From Naegleria gruberi (taxonomy: Eukaryota): DNA of 1,038 bases. The stretch lies in assembly GCA_000004985.1 (NCBI GenBank), contig GG739601.1. One strand, written 5' to 3'. Positions 1 through 1,038 of this stretch are shown one piece after another (position 1 is the first letter of the stretch; the number at the start of each line of letters is the position of its first letter). A model generated the notes under the pieces. That model searched no databases, was not told the DNA's origin, and saw nothing but the letters and a program-made list of their open reading frames with translations. The position numbers and the translations under genes are program-made.

Positions 1-69
1 ATGTGTGAGAATTCGGTTCTCCGATTCCTTTCCTCTTCTTGTTCTATTTGGAAAATATCTATTTGAATT

Positions 70-1038
70 TTATTCATCTTCCTCTTCTGGCATTAGAATA
101 ATCTTTCTGAAAAATTGATTCAATTCAAATCGACACGCAAGTGCTAGTAAATCCTCAACTCTGAATAATGCTCTATCAATTTCCAGTAATTGAGATTTGG
201 TCTTATAATCCTTGAGGAATGTGAAAATATCAGAAATGAATTCATTGTTGGTGGTTGCCACAGTTCTGTAAGCTTTTATCAGAATGTTGGAATCAATCTC
301 TCTAGTTCTCTGGTTGATAATTCCATTCTCGTAAAGATATTGATGAATGGCAACAATATCTATTTCATAATAGTAAGAAGTGAACAATCTCGTTTTATCT
401 TTCAATACCAAGACAGATTTCATGTTTTGGAGAAAATCTGCCACACCTATTGAAACTACCTTTTTCCATTCTCTGTAAATGTGTATATATTCCAATGCTC
501 CATCTCTATCAACACTCACAGTTAAATGCATATCAACATATGAATTGATTCTCTCCTTTCCAATTACAACCTCTCCAAAATCAATATACTGAGGAACATA
601 AAATTCATCCGGTCCATTCAAGTGGAATAATTCTGACCATCCACTTTCATTCTCAAATTTTCTATCATATTTGAATGCAAACCGTTTATCCCACTTGATT
701 TGTCGAAAATATCCAATTGAATGAGCAATTTCACTTGCAGAGTAAGATTGTGGTAAGATTCCAAAATTGGATTTAATGATTTCAACAAGATTTGGATCAA
801 GTGGTGCATGTACAATATGTCGTTTCATACGAAACTCCACCCGCTGAAAACTGTCAAGATGATATTCATACATAATTCCACTTGAACTATCTGAATGTAG
901 GGTTGGATTGTACGTTGATGTAATAATATTGCAATATCGTTTATCCACAACCAATAAATCACCAGTATCGTTCATGATTGTTCCATATGAACAATCTCCA
1001 TGTAAATTCAAATGTCGAAATTTTCCAAATATGTCTGT
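70..1038 (-). CDS. Partial CDS (5' end / N-terminus lies beyond the window edge at 1038; stop TAA at 70..72). Hypothetical protein; its N-proximal part in the window carries a possible PKL-type catalytic-loop/metal-binding motif (HGD...VVD), followed by a ~290-aa uncharacterised C-terminal region with an acidic tail.
   Basis: Seen in sequence: the minus-strand frame is uninterrupted for about 322 codons, from the window edge to TAA at 70..72. This is highly unlikely by chance in AT-rich DNA, where TAA/TAG/TGA are frequent. The nine codons upstream of the ORF-track 'start' (1012..1038) translate in frame as TDIFGKFRH with no stop. The called start at 1009..1011 is TTG, not ATG, so the real start is most likely upstream of the window. 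The translation has normal globular composition with no low-complexity runs. The overlapping ORFs in other frames or on the other strand are short and AT-codon dominated. The product assignment is inference from short-motif resemblance only (see findings). Confidence 0.8.
   Translation of the reverse strand, partial: TDIFGKFRHLNLHGDCSYGTIMNDTGDLLVVDKRYCNIITSTYNPTLHSDSSSGIMYEYHLDSFQRVEFRMKRHIVHAPLDPNLVEIIKSNFGILPQSYSASEIAHSIGYFRQIKWDKRFAFKYDRKFENESGWSELFHLNGPDEFYVPQYIDFGEVVIGKERINSYVDMHLTVSVDRDGALEYIHIYREWKKVVSIGVADFLQNMKSVLVLKDKTRLFTSYYYEIDIVAIHQYLYENGIINQRTREIDSNILIKAYRTVATTNNEFISDIFTFLKDYKTKSQLLEIDRALFRVEDLLALACRFELNQFFRKIILMPEEEDE

Noticed and set aside
7-21. Small inverted repeat gagaa-ttcgg-ttctc (contains an EcoRI site GAATTC) about 50 nt downstream of the minus-strand stop; a possible intrinsic terminator
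   Set aside because: The stem is only 5 bp with 2 G:C pairs. On the transcript (minus strand) it is followed by 'cacacau', not a U-tract. It is too weak to call a rho-independent terminator and was not listed as a feature.
1-66. Plus-strand ATG at position 1 opening a 21-codon frame (MCENSVLRFLSSSCSIWKISI*)
   Set aside because: It is too short and composed of the polypyrimidine 3' flank of the main gene. There is no support for it as a gene.
70-72. Possibility that TAA is read as Gln (ciliate-type code), so that the ORF continues to the window start
   Set aside because: There is not a single in-frame TAA or TAG in the preceding ~320 codons. That would be very unusual for a ciliate gene, where TAA/TAG Gln codons are common. 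The standard stop interpretation is far more likely.
190-453. Plus-strand ORF of 87 aa (MRFGLIILEECENIRNEF...) antisense to the main CDS
   Set aside because: It lies entirely inside the much longer minus-strand frame. Long-ish antisense frames are expected opposite a real gene in AT-rich DNA. There is no RBS-like sequence before its ATG. It is probably spurious.
618-815. Minus-strand 65-aa ORF in an alternative frame of the same strand as the main CDS
   Set aside because: It overlaps the main CDS out of frame, is short, and has a skewed Leu/Ile/Asn/Lys composition typical of off-frame translation of AT-rich coding DNA. There is no independent evidence for it.
973-975. First in-frame ATG (Met13) with a weak 'gga' about 7 nt upstream, a possible true start inside the window
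   Set aside because: The frame is open upstream to the window edge. Starting here would cut off the HGD segment, which appears to be part of a structured motif. The SD-like match is minimal.

Overview
The window is AT-rich (about one-third G+C by eye) and is almost entirely one long minus-strand coding region. On the minus strand the frame is open from the TAA stop at 70..72 to the window edge at 1038. The gene is therefore truncated at its 5' end (protein N-terminus) by the window. The 'M' start at 1009..1011 in the ORF track is actually a TTG codon, an artefact of ORF calling. The window holds about 322 residues of the C-terminal part of this protein. The encoded protein has no recognisable family signature that I can verify without a profile search. 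However, its first ~25 residues in the window resemble the catalytic-loop and metal-binding segment of protein-kinase-like (PKL) phosphotransferases (LNLHGDCSYGTIMNDTGDLLVVD, compare RIO/Bud32/APH 'HGDLxxxN ... hhhD'). The Asn that usually coordinates metal is replaced by Thr. A second 'IDFG' tetrapeptide lies about 140 residues downstream. The remaining ~290 residues are unassigned and end in an acidic tail (PEEEDE). The 69 bp downstream of the stop (plus-strand 1..69) hold a polypurine/polypyrimidine tract, a 10-bp direct repeat and a weak hairpin, but no convincing intrinsic terminator. I see no RNA genes, CRISPR repeats, mobile-element termini or promoters. The host taxon cannot be told from this fragment (low-GC bacterium, AT-rich eukaryote or large DNA virus).
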